Shown: one piece after another, positions 56,774 through 64,000 of the stretch
How the letters are laid out: the number at the start of each line of letters is the position of its first letter
How positions within the stretch are numbered: position 1 is the stretch's first letter
NCBI GenBank assembly: GCA_022705325.1
Contig: JAKJER010000032.1
Coordinates: 3,152-67,151, forward strand
Reading direction: 5' to 3'
Length of the DNA: 64,000 bases
From: Planctomycetota bacterium
GTDB taxonomy: Bacteria; Planctomycetota; Phycisphaerae; SM23-33
The notes under the pieces: generated by a model
Seen by the model: only the letters and a program-made list of their open reading frames with translations
Databases searched by the model: none
What the model was told of the DNA's origin: nothing
Position numbers and translations under genes: made by a program

Positions 56774-56880
56774 GATGGGTCTCCTTCTAGACTGTGAAGA
56801 CGATTGCCTGATGAATGGATTACAGATGCTAAGGGCAATTCTCTCTTGAAATCAATGGTCTATTGCAGTAAAGGCTCGCC

Positions 56881-57153
56881 ATGAGAACCGGACCTTCGCA
56901 ACCAGCTCTCTGGAACTTCCGTGCTGTTGTCACAGGGCTCGCCATAGGGGCGATTTTGCAGTTCCTTGTCTTTCCCTGGCCCGAAAAGACGGAGAACAGG
57001 CTTTGGGCGGCTATTTGTATCGATATCCTGGTTTCTGTTCGCATGCTCGTTGCGCACAGAAGGGGAGAGCGGAATAAGGGATGGGTTTTCTACGCACTCT
57101 TGCCGTCCGTTGCTATTCCTGTCTTAGAGGTGGCGCAGGCCCTCATCCGGTAG
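56881..57153 (+). CDS. Possible small three-helix membrane protein
   Basis: 90-aa ORF in a locally lower-GC spacer with three hydrophobic segments (VVTGLAIGAILQFLVF, LWAAICIDILVSVRMLV, WVFYALLPSVAIPVL). Only a weak AAGG lies upstream, and GC3 bias is weaker than in neighbouring genes. Confidence 0.35.
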   Translation: MRTGPSQPALWNFRAVVTGLAIGAILQFLVFPWPEKTENRLWAAICIDILVSVRMLVAHRRGERNKGWVFYALLPSVAIPVLEVAQALIR

Positions 57154-57169
57154 GCCGCACACCGGCTGT

Positions 57170-59797
57170 TCAGTCCAACACCAGAGCATCTTCCATGTTC
57201 AGCAATACACTGAAGCGCACTGCGGCTTGCAGTCCGGCGGCTTGTTCACGGGCCGTCGGGTCTTCGATCTGGAATCTGATCTCTCCATGCTCGGCCGATC
57301 GGACGGATCTGGGCGCCCGGGGCAGGGCGAGGCGGACGGTGAGCTTGTCGATGGGCTTGTAGGTGAAGTTGGCCAGCACGAGCGCGGTGCCGGCGGGCGC
57401 GTCGTAGACGCCGGCTTCCACCACCGGGTGCGACAACTCCACGGGTCGAAGCAGGCCGGCGGCGGAAGCGTTGATGAGACGGCGATGGAGGGGCGGGTAC
57501 TGTTCCTTCAATTCGGCGGGGACGAACCTGGCGTCCTTGAGATACGACAGGCCGGGGCAGGCGGCGTAGTAGACAGCCCGCCCGCGGCCGGGGGCGTTGG
57601 AGACGACGGCGGGTGACCCGTCCTTGAACGTGCCGACCACCTTGATGCCATCGGCGGGGGTCATCTTGATTCTGACACCCAGGCAGCCGAGTGTGGATGG
57701 AGCCGTCGCCAGGGCTTGCCGTTCGGCAGCCTCGGGGGCAAACGGTCCCGAAATCCGGACCTCGTCCATGTACTTCATGTCGTTGAGCCGCCCGCGGACG
57801 CGGTACTCGCCTTCCTGGACGGCCGCTTCGACCTTGGAGTCAATCCCGAATGTCCCGGCCAGCACGTCGGAGGGTTCGTTGAACTCGTCCCGGCTGGCTG
57901 CCCCGCACGAACCGTAGAGCGTGCCGCCGGCGTGCGTCCACTTCTTGATCGCCCCGGCGGCGGCGCGGCTCACGCACGGGTCGGTCACATAGAGCACGTC
58001 ATAGTCGGCCAGCCGGCCCGCCTCGACGTCCTGCTCGGTCAGGAAGTCCACGAGGTACTGGTCGTGCACCAGTGACAGGTACGTCGCCCGCCGCTCCAGC
58101 ATGTGGATGTAGCCGTACGGTTGCCACAGATCGCTGGAGAGGCTGTAGAGCATTGCCAGGCGCGTCTTTCGCATCGCGCCCGGCGAGATGACGTGTTCGG
58201 CGAAGGCCAGGTGGCGGGCGAACTTCGCGATGCCGTCGTACTCGCCGCGGAGGTCCGACCAGTAGTTCTCCGTGCCGAAGCACGTGGGCCCGTAGGTCCA
58301 GTAGAAGAAGTGCTTGGCGCCCTGGCACAGGGCGGAGGCGGACTTGAGTCGCAGGTTCGTCTCGTCGCTGGGGGTGATCCACGCCTGGATGGGCATTCGT
58401 CCGCGGCTGGCGCTGCGGAAGATTGCGGCCTGGAAGCCCATGAGCTGGAAGCCTTCCCACGTGTAGTTCGGCCCGTACATGTACTGCAGGCCCATCCAGT
58501 CCTCGATGCCCGCCCAGTCGACCGCGCCGGATCGGGCGATGTCGAACCAGTCCAGGGCGAGCGGCCAGCCGCCCCAGGTGGTGTTGGGCTGATGCATGCC
58601 CATGCCCAGCCCCGTCCCGCCGAAATACGGGTGGTCGGCGACCAGCGTGGACGTCCGCCCGCCGCCGGTGAAGTGCTTGCGGAACGCCTGCGTGTGCCAG
58701 GTCAGGCGTTGCGTGCCGGCCTGCTGGCGAAAGCGAGACGTGTAGTAGAAGACCCGCCTGGCGGCCGGGGCGTTGGCCTTCTCACGCTCGGCCAACTCGG
58801 GCGGGGTCTCGATGGGCTCGACCTGGTCGAGTCGCGACACGCCCAGGTCCGCGGGCGCGATCTTGCGCTCGGCCAGCCACGCGCGGAAGTGCGCGAGGGC
58901 GGCTGGGTTCTTGCCGATCCGTCCGGCTGAGACCTCGTCGCTGAAGTTGAAGGGCACATTGTCGTCCAGCGGTTCCTTGTGGCGCTTGGCCTGGTCGGCC
59001 AGCCGCTTGTCGGCCTGTTCTTGCGTGACTGCCGGTCCGATGTCCACCCAGGCGTGGCCCGGGCGGCGCAGGTGCGGATATTTCTCGTGCACCGCGGGCG
59101 TCTGGTTGCCGACGACGTTGAAACCCAGCAGGTGGAGCACCTCGGCCCCGTTCATCGTGGCCCGCCAGAAGCTGGTCTGCACGACCAGGTCCTTGGGCGA
59201 GACCCGCTTGCCCCCGCCGGCCGCGCGAGCCCAGGCGAGGTGCCGCGCCTCCATCTGCGAGAGCGTCTCCAGGTCGTCCCTGTCCTTGGCGAGCGTGGGC
59301 GAGACGAGGAAGCACATCTCGCCGCCGTCGAACGTCTCCTCCATCCGCTTGACCACGGCGGACTCCCGGGCCGCCGTCGCCAACTCGACGATCGCCTTGC
59401 ATCCGGGTGGCGGCTGCTTCGGCGCCGCCTGCGGCTTCACGGGCATCGCCGGGTCCAGCACAAACGCCGCCGTCACGCACGGAAACTCCGCCACCCCGCC
59501 CGAACGGTTCAGCCGCCCGTGCAGCAGCTTGCCCGCGTGGGTCTTGAGGTCCAGCCAGGGCGACCATTGCCCGCCCTGGACGCGGGCGGTCTTATCCTTG
59601 TCGGCCCCGGCCGGCAGGACGGCCTTGGGCAGGTACCACGGCTCGTTGTGGATGTACCCGCCCAGGCGGACGAAGCACGCCCGGTCAGCCGGCTCGACCA
59701 GTTTGAACCGCAGGAAGACCCCGTCATCCGCCCGAACGGCGCAACAGGCGAGCAGAACGAAGAGGACGGCGAGAGTGACGCGAGCGTTCTTGAACAT
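57170..59797 (-). CDS. Exported hypothetical protein, possibly GH42-like (TIM-barrel plus GATase1-like trimerisation-type domain)
   Basis: Start MFKNARVTLAVLFVLLACCAVRA. The segment DYDVLYVTDPCVSRAAAGAIKKWTHAGGTLYGSCGA resembles the GH42 middle domain. The function is not supportable beyond that. Confidence 0.6.
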   Translation of the reverse strand: MFKNARVTLAVLFVLLACCAVRADDGVFLRFKLVEPADRACFVRLGGYIHNEPWYLPKAVLPAGADKDKTARVQGGQWSPWLDLKTHAGKLLHGRLNRSGGVAEFPCVTAAFVLDPAMPVKPQAAPKQPPPGCKAIVELATAARESAVVKRMEETFDGGEMCFLVSPTLAKDRDDLETLSQMEARHLAWARAAGGGKRVSPKDLVVQTSFWRATMNGAEVLHLLGFNVVGNQTPAVHEKYPHLRRPGHAWVDIGPAVTQEQADKRLADQAKRHKEPLDDNVPFNFSDEVSAGRIGKNPAALAHFRAWLAERKIAPADLGVSRLDQVEPIETPPELAEREKANAPAARRVFYYTSRFRQQAGTQRLTWHTQAFRKHFTGGGRTSTLVADHPYFGGTGLGMGMHQPNTTWGGWPLALDWFDIARSGAVDWAGIEDWMGLQYMYGPNYTWEGFQLMGFQAAIFRSASRGRMPIQAWITPSDETNLRLKSASALCQGAKHFFYWTYGPTCFGTENYWSDLRGEYDGIAKFARHLAFAEHVISPGAMRKTRLAMLYSLSSDLWQPYGYIHMLERRATYLSLVHDQYLVDFLTEQDVEAGRLADYDVLYVTDPCVSRAAAGAIKKWTHAGGTLYGSCGAASRDEFNEPSDVLAGTFGIDSKVEAAVQEGEYRVRGRLNDMKYMDEVRISGPFAPEAAERQALATAPSTLGCLGVRIKMTPADGIKVVGTFKDGSPAVVSNAPGRGRAVYYAACPGLSYLKDARFVPAELKEQYPPLHRRLINASAAGLLRPVELSHPVVEAGVYDAPAGTALVLANFTYKPIDKLTVRLALPRAPRSVRSAEHGEIRFQIEDPTAREQAAGLQAAVRFSVLLNMEDALVLD

Positions 59798-59884
59798 GGA
59801 GTGGCTCCCGTGCGACAACACACGCTGGAGCCACTCTATGTCACCGGCGGAAGGCGGTCAAGCGATGACCAGAGGCGGGCGGCC

Positions 59885-61798
59885 TCAGAACTTCCACTCT
59901 CGCAGGAGCGTGCCGTCTTCCTTCTCCATGCGGATCCACTGGATCTCGATGCGGCCGGGTGCGGAGCCCGGGTCGAGGCGCAGGCCGGTGATCCTGCCCT
60001 CGACGGGCAGCTTCGCCTGGTAGTCGTGCCACTGGTTGTCGTGCTGGAGGTCGAAGAAGACGGTCCGCTCGCGGGCGTAGTTTGGGGCGGCCGGGGTGAT
60101 CCAGTAGAACTGGCCTTGGCCTCGCCCCGCCAGGCGCATGCGAATCCTGGCGACGGCGGGCCCGGCGGCCTGGCCGACGGCGGTCGTGTGCAAGTGCGGG
60201 TCGCCGCCGGTGCTGTTGACGATCAGCACGCCTTCGCCGGCCTGCAGCGTGCACGTTCCGCCCGGCTGCCAGCCCTTGACGGGTTTGGGCCTGGCGCGCG
60301 GCTTGTCGCCTTTCATCGCGTCGGGGGCCTTGGGGTCGTAGGCGGGGTTGGGCACCGGAATGATCGCGTCGATCGCCTTGAGGTGGGCGCTCAACAGGGC
60401 GTCCAGTTCGCGGACCTTGTCGGGCATCCTGGCGGCCAGGTCGGCCGTCTCGGAGAGGTCGTCTTTGAGGTTGTACAGTTCGTGCTTGTCGGTTCGGTCG
60501 TCTCCCTCGCCGAAGAAGCGGTAGAGCTTCCAGTCGCCCTGGCGGATCGACGCGCCGGGATAGTTGCCCGTGGCCGGGATATAGTGCGGGAAGTAGCAGT
60601 AAATCTCTCGGCGCCGCATCCTGCCCTGTCCCCGCAGGACGGGCGCGATGCTCTCGCCGTCGACGATCTGCCCGGGCTGGGTCTTGGCGCCGGCGATCTC
60701 CAACAGCGTGGGGTAGTAGTCGATGGAACTGATCGCCTCCTCGCAAACGCTGCCGGGTCTGGTCACGCCGGGCCAGATGACGACGGCCGGCTCGCGCACG
60801 CCGCCCTCGTACAGGTTGCCCTTGCCGTTTCGCAACGGCGCGTTATTGGTGGGCGTGGCGCCTTCGACGCGGTCGTACATGTTTCCGCCGTTGTCGGAGG
60901 TGAAGACGATGAGGGTGTCGTCGGCGAGGCCCAGCTTGTCCAGTTCGTCGAGCACCCGGCCGACGGATGCGTCGAGGCTGGCGATCATGCCGCCCATCGT
61001 GGGGCAGTCCTGCTTGCCGCGAGGGTCTTTGCGCGAGCGGTACGGCTCGACCAGATCGGGCCGCGCCTGGAACGGGGCGTGGACGGAGTAGTGCCACAGG
61101 CACAGGAAGAAGGGCTGATCGTTGCCCTTTCGCTGCTGGAGATAGCGGACGGCCTCGTCGGTGAGACGGTCGGCCAGGTATTCGCCCTTGGGGCCGTCGG
61201 TCAGCGTCTGGATGCGATAGGGCGAGAAGTAGCTGGGCGGGCCTGGATAATGCCCGCCGGCGATGTTGACGTCGAATCCCTGGCGCTTGGGCCAGTAGTC
61301 CTGATGGCCCAGGTGCCATTTGCCGATGAAGGCGGTCGCGTAGCCGGCGTCCTTCAGGGCCTCGGCAAGGGTGTACTCGTCGAGTGGCATGAAGTGTCGG
61401 CTTCGCGGCGTGCGGACCTTGTGCCAGGGTGGCGCGGCGGCGGGCAGCCAGGGCAGGCTGTCCGGTTCGGGCGGCATGTGCCCAGCCGGGACGGTCAGGC
61501 GGATCCGCCCGGGATACTTGCCGGTCATGATGCTCGAACGGGTGGGCGAGCAGAGCGGGTTGGCGGCGTAGGCGTTGGTGAAGCGCGTGCCGCGAGCGGC
61601 CAGGCGGTCGATGTTGGGCGTCTGGTAATATTGGCTGCCGTAGACGGCGGTGTCCATCCAGCCGAGGTCGTCGGCCAGGATGAACACGATGTTGGGCCGG
61701 CGCGGGGGCCTGGCCTGGGCCAGTGCGGCGGCGGCCGGCGCGGCGGCGCAGGCGGTTGCGGCTTGGAGGAAACGGCGGCGGGTGATCGGTGTCGGCAT
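59885..61798 (-). CDS. Tat-signal formylglycine-dependent sulfatase (arylsulfatase A family) with a C-terminal beta-rich extension
   Basis: TRRRFLQAATACAAAPAAA leader. NIVFILADDLGW and CSPTRSSIMTGKYPGR (C-x-P-x-R). About 150 extra C-terminal residues. Confidence 0.9.
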   Translation of the reverse strand: MPTPITRRRFLQAATACAAAPAAAALAQARPPRRPNIVFILADDLGWMDTAVYGSQYYQTPNIDRLAARGTRFTNAYAANPLCSPTRSSIMTGKYPGRIRLTVPAGHMPPEPDSLPWLPAAAPPWHKVRTPRSRHFMPLDEYTLAEALKDAGYATAFIGKWHLGHQDYWPKRQGFDVNIAGGHYPGPPSYFSPYRIQTLTDGPKGEYLADRLTDEAVRYLQQRKGNDQPFFLCLWHYSVHAPFQARPDLVEPYRSRKDPRGKQDCPTMGGMIASLDASVGRVLDELDKLGLADDTLIVFTSDNGGNMYDRVEGATPTNNAPLRNGKGNLYEGGVREPAVVIWPGVTRPGSVCEEAISSIDYYPTLLEIAGAKTQPGQIVDGESIAPVLRGQGRMRRREIYCYFPHYIPATGNYPGASIRQGDWKLYRFFGEGDDRTDKHELYNLKDDLSETADLAARMPDKVRELDALLSAHLKAIDAIIPVPNPAYDPKAPDAMKGDKPRARPKPVKGWQPGGTCTLQAGEGVLIVNSTGGDPHLHTTAVGQAAGPAVARIRMRLAGRGQGQFYWITPAAPNYARERTVFFDLQHDNQWHDYQAKLPVEGRITGLRLDPGSAPGRIEIQWIRMEKEDGTLLREWKF

Positions 61799-61924
61799 CT
61801 GTACGCTCCTTGCTGCGGCATCGCCACAGGCATGATAAGGAGGAAGGCGCCTGATGGCCAGAGCGATCCTCCCGTCCTCGTTGCCGTCTCGGGCAATCTG
61901 GCGTGTCGCCGCAATCAAATGCAA

Positions 61925-61952
61925 TTGACCGCATCCGGTCGGCCGATATAAT
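61925..61952 (+). promoter_or_regulatory. Near-consensus sigma70 promoter upstream of the citramalate-synthase-like gene
   Basis: TTGACC, a 16-nt spacer, then TATAAT. It implies a leader of about 265 nt before the ATG at 62225. Confidence 0.55.
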
Positions 61953-61965
61953 ACACTGCTACCAT

Positions 61966-62112
61966 ATGCCGCCCGTTGCGAGGCGCGCAGCGAACGAGGT
62001 TACGATGCGGGATGCTCAGGACAACCTGACGATCGGCCGACCCTCCCGGGCGAGGGGCTGCCGAACCCGCGCCAGCATCATCGTAGCCGTAGCCGTACGT
62101 TGCGTGCCTTAG
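61966..62112 (+). promoter_or_regulatory. Candidate leader-peptide ORF ending in an Ile/Val-rich run
   Basis: First ATG after the predicted transcription start. The 48 codons end in ...ASIIVAVAVRCVP-stop (ATC ATC GTA GCC GTA GCC GTA at 62077-62097). An internal ATG at 62005 would give 35 codons. Confidence 0.3.
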
Positions 62113-62139
62113 GGCGGCGTCGAACGACGTTCACCTTCC

Positions 62140-62177
62140 CAGCCCTGAGGCCCAAGTTCCCAGGGCTGTTTCTATTT
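62140..62177 (+). terminator. Terminator-like hairpin inside the 5' leader (candidate attenuator)
   Basis: CAGCCCTG-A-GG cccaagtt CC-CAGGGCTG, followed by TTTCTATTT. It lies 28 nt after the mini-ORF stop and 48 nt before the ATG at 62225. No + strand gene upstream needs a terminator. Confidence 0.45.
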
Positions 62178-62224
62178 GGCCGGGCGGCGGATCGGCCGAC
62201 GCCGGCAGAGATCGCGGTGAAGAG

Positions 62225-63850
62225 ATGAGCACGACCGAGTCAACCAAGGTATATGTGTACGACACGACATTGCGTGACGGCACGCAGGGCGAGGGGGTCA
62301 GCCTGTCGCTGGAGGACAAGCTCCTGATCGCCGAGTCGTTGGACCGCCTGGGGGTGGACTACGTCGAGGGCGGTTACCCGATGAGCAACCCCAAAGACGA
62401 GGCGTTCTTCGCCGAGGTGGCCCATCGCGACATCGCCCGCTCGAAGATCGCCGCCTTCGGGATGACGCGCCGCCGCGGCGTGAAGGCGGACCAGGACGCC
62501 GGGCTGCGGGCCCTGCTGGACTCGCACGCGCCCGTGACCACGGTCGTGGGCAAGACGTGGGACCTGCACGTCCGCGAGGTGCTGCGGGCCAGCGAGCAGG
62601 AGAACCTGGACATGGTGCACGAGTCGCTGGCCCTGCTGGCCGGCGAGGGGCGCGAGGTCGTGTTCGACGCCGAGCACTTCTTCGACGGCTACCAGGCCAA
62701 TCCGGACTACGCCCTGTCGGTGCTGCGGGCGGCAGCGCAGGCCGGTGCGACCACGCTGGTCCTGTGCGACACCAACGGCGGCTCGACGCTGGCCCACGTA
62801 GCCCATGCCGTGCGCCGCGCGACCAGGGAGTTCCCCGGCGTCCGCATCGGCATCCACTGCCATAACGATTGTGCCCTGGCGGTGGCCAACACGCTGATGG
62901 CTGTTCGACACGGCGCTCTCCACGTGCAGGGCACGATCAACGGGATCGGCGAGCGGTGCGGCAACGCCGACCTGACGGCCGTGATCCCCAACCTGGCGGT
63001 CAAGTACGGCTACCAGTGCCTGCGGGAGGACTCGCTCAAGCGTCTGACCGAAACCAGCCGCTACGTCTACGAGATCGCCAACCTGAACCTGCACGAGACC
63101 CAGCCGTTCGTGGGTTCGGCGGCCTTCGCCCACAAGGGCGGCATGCACGTGCACGCCATCCAGCGAAACGCGGTCACCTACGAGCACATGGACCCCGAGC
63201 GGATCGGCAATGCCCGGCGGATCCTGGTCAGCGAACTGTCAGGCGTGTCGAACATCGCGGCCAAGGCCCCGGCCAAATTCGGCCTGAAGGACGACCGTGC
63301 CGCCCAGAAGCGCATCCTGGACGAGCTGACTCGGCTGGAGAGCGAGGGCTACCAGTTCGAGGCGGCCGAGGCCAGTTTCGAGATGCTTATCCGCCGCGTC
63401 CTGGACGGTCAGTGGTACCCCACGCTCGCCGGCGGACGGAGCGGCCTGTGGGACCTGGACCACTACCGCTGCATCATCCTCAAGCAGAGCGACAGCCAGG
63501 CGGTCACCGAGGCCACGGTGAAGCTCACGCTGGGCGGAACGGTCGAGCATCGGGTGGCCGAGGGCGACGGCCCGGTCGACTCGCTGCACCGTTCGCTCAA
63601 GGCCGCTCTGCGCACGCAGTACCCATGCGTGGACGACCTGCACCTGGCCGACTACAAGGTCCGCGTGGTGAACACCGCGGCGGAGACGGCCGCCCGCGTC
63701 CGCGTCCTGATCGACTGGCACGACGCCGCGCGGGGGCAGTCGTACTTCGGCAGCGTGGGCGTGAGCACGAATATCATCGACGCGTCCTGGCTGGCCCTGG
63801 TGGACGCGATGGAGTATAAGATCCTGAATTCGCAGGCGGCGGGAGAGTAG
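62225..63850 (+). CDS. cimA: Citramalate synthase / 2-isopropylmalate-synthase-family enzyme (LeuA-related, CimA type)
   Basis: YDTTLRDGTQGEG HMGL-like start, GGYPMSNPKDEAFF, HCHND and HKGG metal/active-site motifs. An approximately 540-aa length with a C-terminal LeuA-dimerisation-type domain is typical of the CimA-like branch. CimA versus LeuA cannot be settled by eye. Confidence 0.8.
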   Translation: MSTTESTKVYVYDTTLRDGTQGEGVSLSLEDKLLIAESLDRLGVDYVEGGYPMSNPKDEAFFAEVAHRDIARSKIAAFGMTRRRGVKADQDAGLRALLDSHAPVTTVVGKTWDLHVREVLRASEQENLDMVHESLALLAGEGREVVFDAEHFFDGYQANPDYALSVLRAAAQAGATTLVLCDTNGGSTLAHVAHAVRRATREFPGVRIGIHCHNDCALAVANTLMAVRHGALHVQGTINGIGERCGNADLTAVIPNLAVKYGYQCLREDSLKRLTETSRYVYEIANLNLHETQPFVGSAAFAHKGGMHVHAIQRNAVTYEHMDPERIGNARRILVSELSGVSNIAAKAPAKFGLKDDRAAQKRILDELTRLESEGYQFEAAEASFEMLIRRVLDGQWYPTLAGGRSGLWDLDHYRCIILKQSDSQAVTEATVKLTLGGTVEHRVAEGDGPVDSLHRSLKAALRTQYPCVDDLHLADYKVRVVNTAAETAARVRVLIDWHDAARGQSYFGSVGVSTNIIDASWLALVDAMEYKILNSQAAGE

Positions 63851-63958
63851 ACGGCGCGAAAAGGCGAGGCGGGAGCGCCCGAGGCGTCCTCTTCCGCTGC
63901 GAACGAACCCGGGATGCCGACTGCCGGCTACCGACTACTGGCTACTGAGAACAGAACA

Positions 63959-64000
63959 ATGGAATTGGCAAAGACATACGAGCCCAAACAGATTGAAGGC
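63959..64000 (+). CDS. valS: 5' end of a probable valine--tRNA ligase (partial)
   Basis: MELAKTYEPKQIEG resembles the ValRS N-terminus (..L.K.Y.P..IE..WY). Only 14 codons are visible. Confidence 0.4.
   Translation, partial: MELAKTYEPKQIEG

Noticed and set aside
61903-62112. A 69-aa ORF upstream of the citramalate-synthase-like gene, considered as a real protein gene.
   Set aside because: Its first part lies upstream of the predicted promoter -10/+1, and its composition is not protein-like. Only the promoter-proximal 48-codon part is retained, as a candidate leader peptide.

Overview
This is a visibly G+C-rich bacterial chromosomal segment with strong G/C bias at third codon positions. I found no rRNA, tRNA, CRISPR array, transposase or integrase.

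Lineage (inference from motifs only, no search run): a Planctomycetota/PVC-type organism. The evidence is three PEP-CTERM proteins, a DUF1559-type pseudopilin, PSCyt-like CXXCH modules, Tat-signal Gfo/Idh/MocA oxidoreductases, a sulfatase and many exported glycoside hydrolases.

About 40 CDS are supportable:
- Housekeeping genes: gdhA with a divergent LysR regulator, a DEAD-box helicase, cysS, ruvC-ruvA-ruvB, a citramalate/isopropylmalate-synthase-family gene, and the start of a probable valS.
- Exported carbohydrate-active genes: two GH95-like fucosidases that each carry an inserted binding domain, a GH106-like enzyme, a heparinase II/III-like protein, a formylglycine-type sulfatase, and a GH42-like orphan.
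- A 1581-aa thioester (GCVEQ) alpha-2-macroglobulin followed on the same strand by an OmpR-type regulator and a histidine kinase, with an LTXXQ (Spy/CpxP-like) gene divergent from it.
- Two ~940-1000-aa paralogs combining a TolB-like beta-propeller with CXXCH motifs (hydrazine-synthase-alpha-like architecture).
- Several exported orphan proteins.

Non-coding items worth a second look:
- Four related 25-nt palindromes spaced about 70 bp apart (12026-12262).
- A 30-bp perfect palindrome between the regulator and kinase genes.
- A low-GC repeat block (AATGACCA x3) at the alpha-2-macroglobulin stop and regulator promoter.
- A consensus promoter, an Ile/Val-rich mini-ORF and a terminator hairpin upstream of the citramalate-synthase-like gene.
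- A 595-bp gene-free, repeat-rich spacer.

I did not recognise a complete, clearly novel multi-gene system. The best candidates are ranked in the findings. All family calls come from motif recognition by eye. Hand-derived coordinates of non-ORF features may be off by 1-2 nt.
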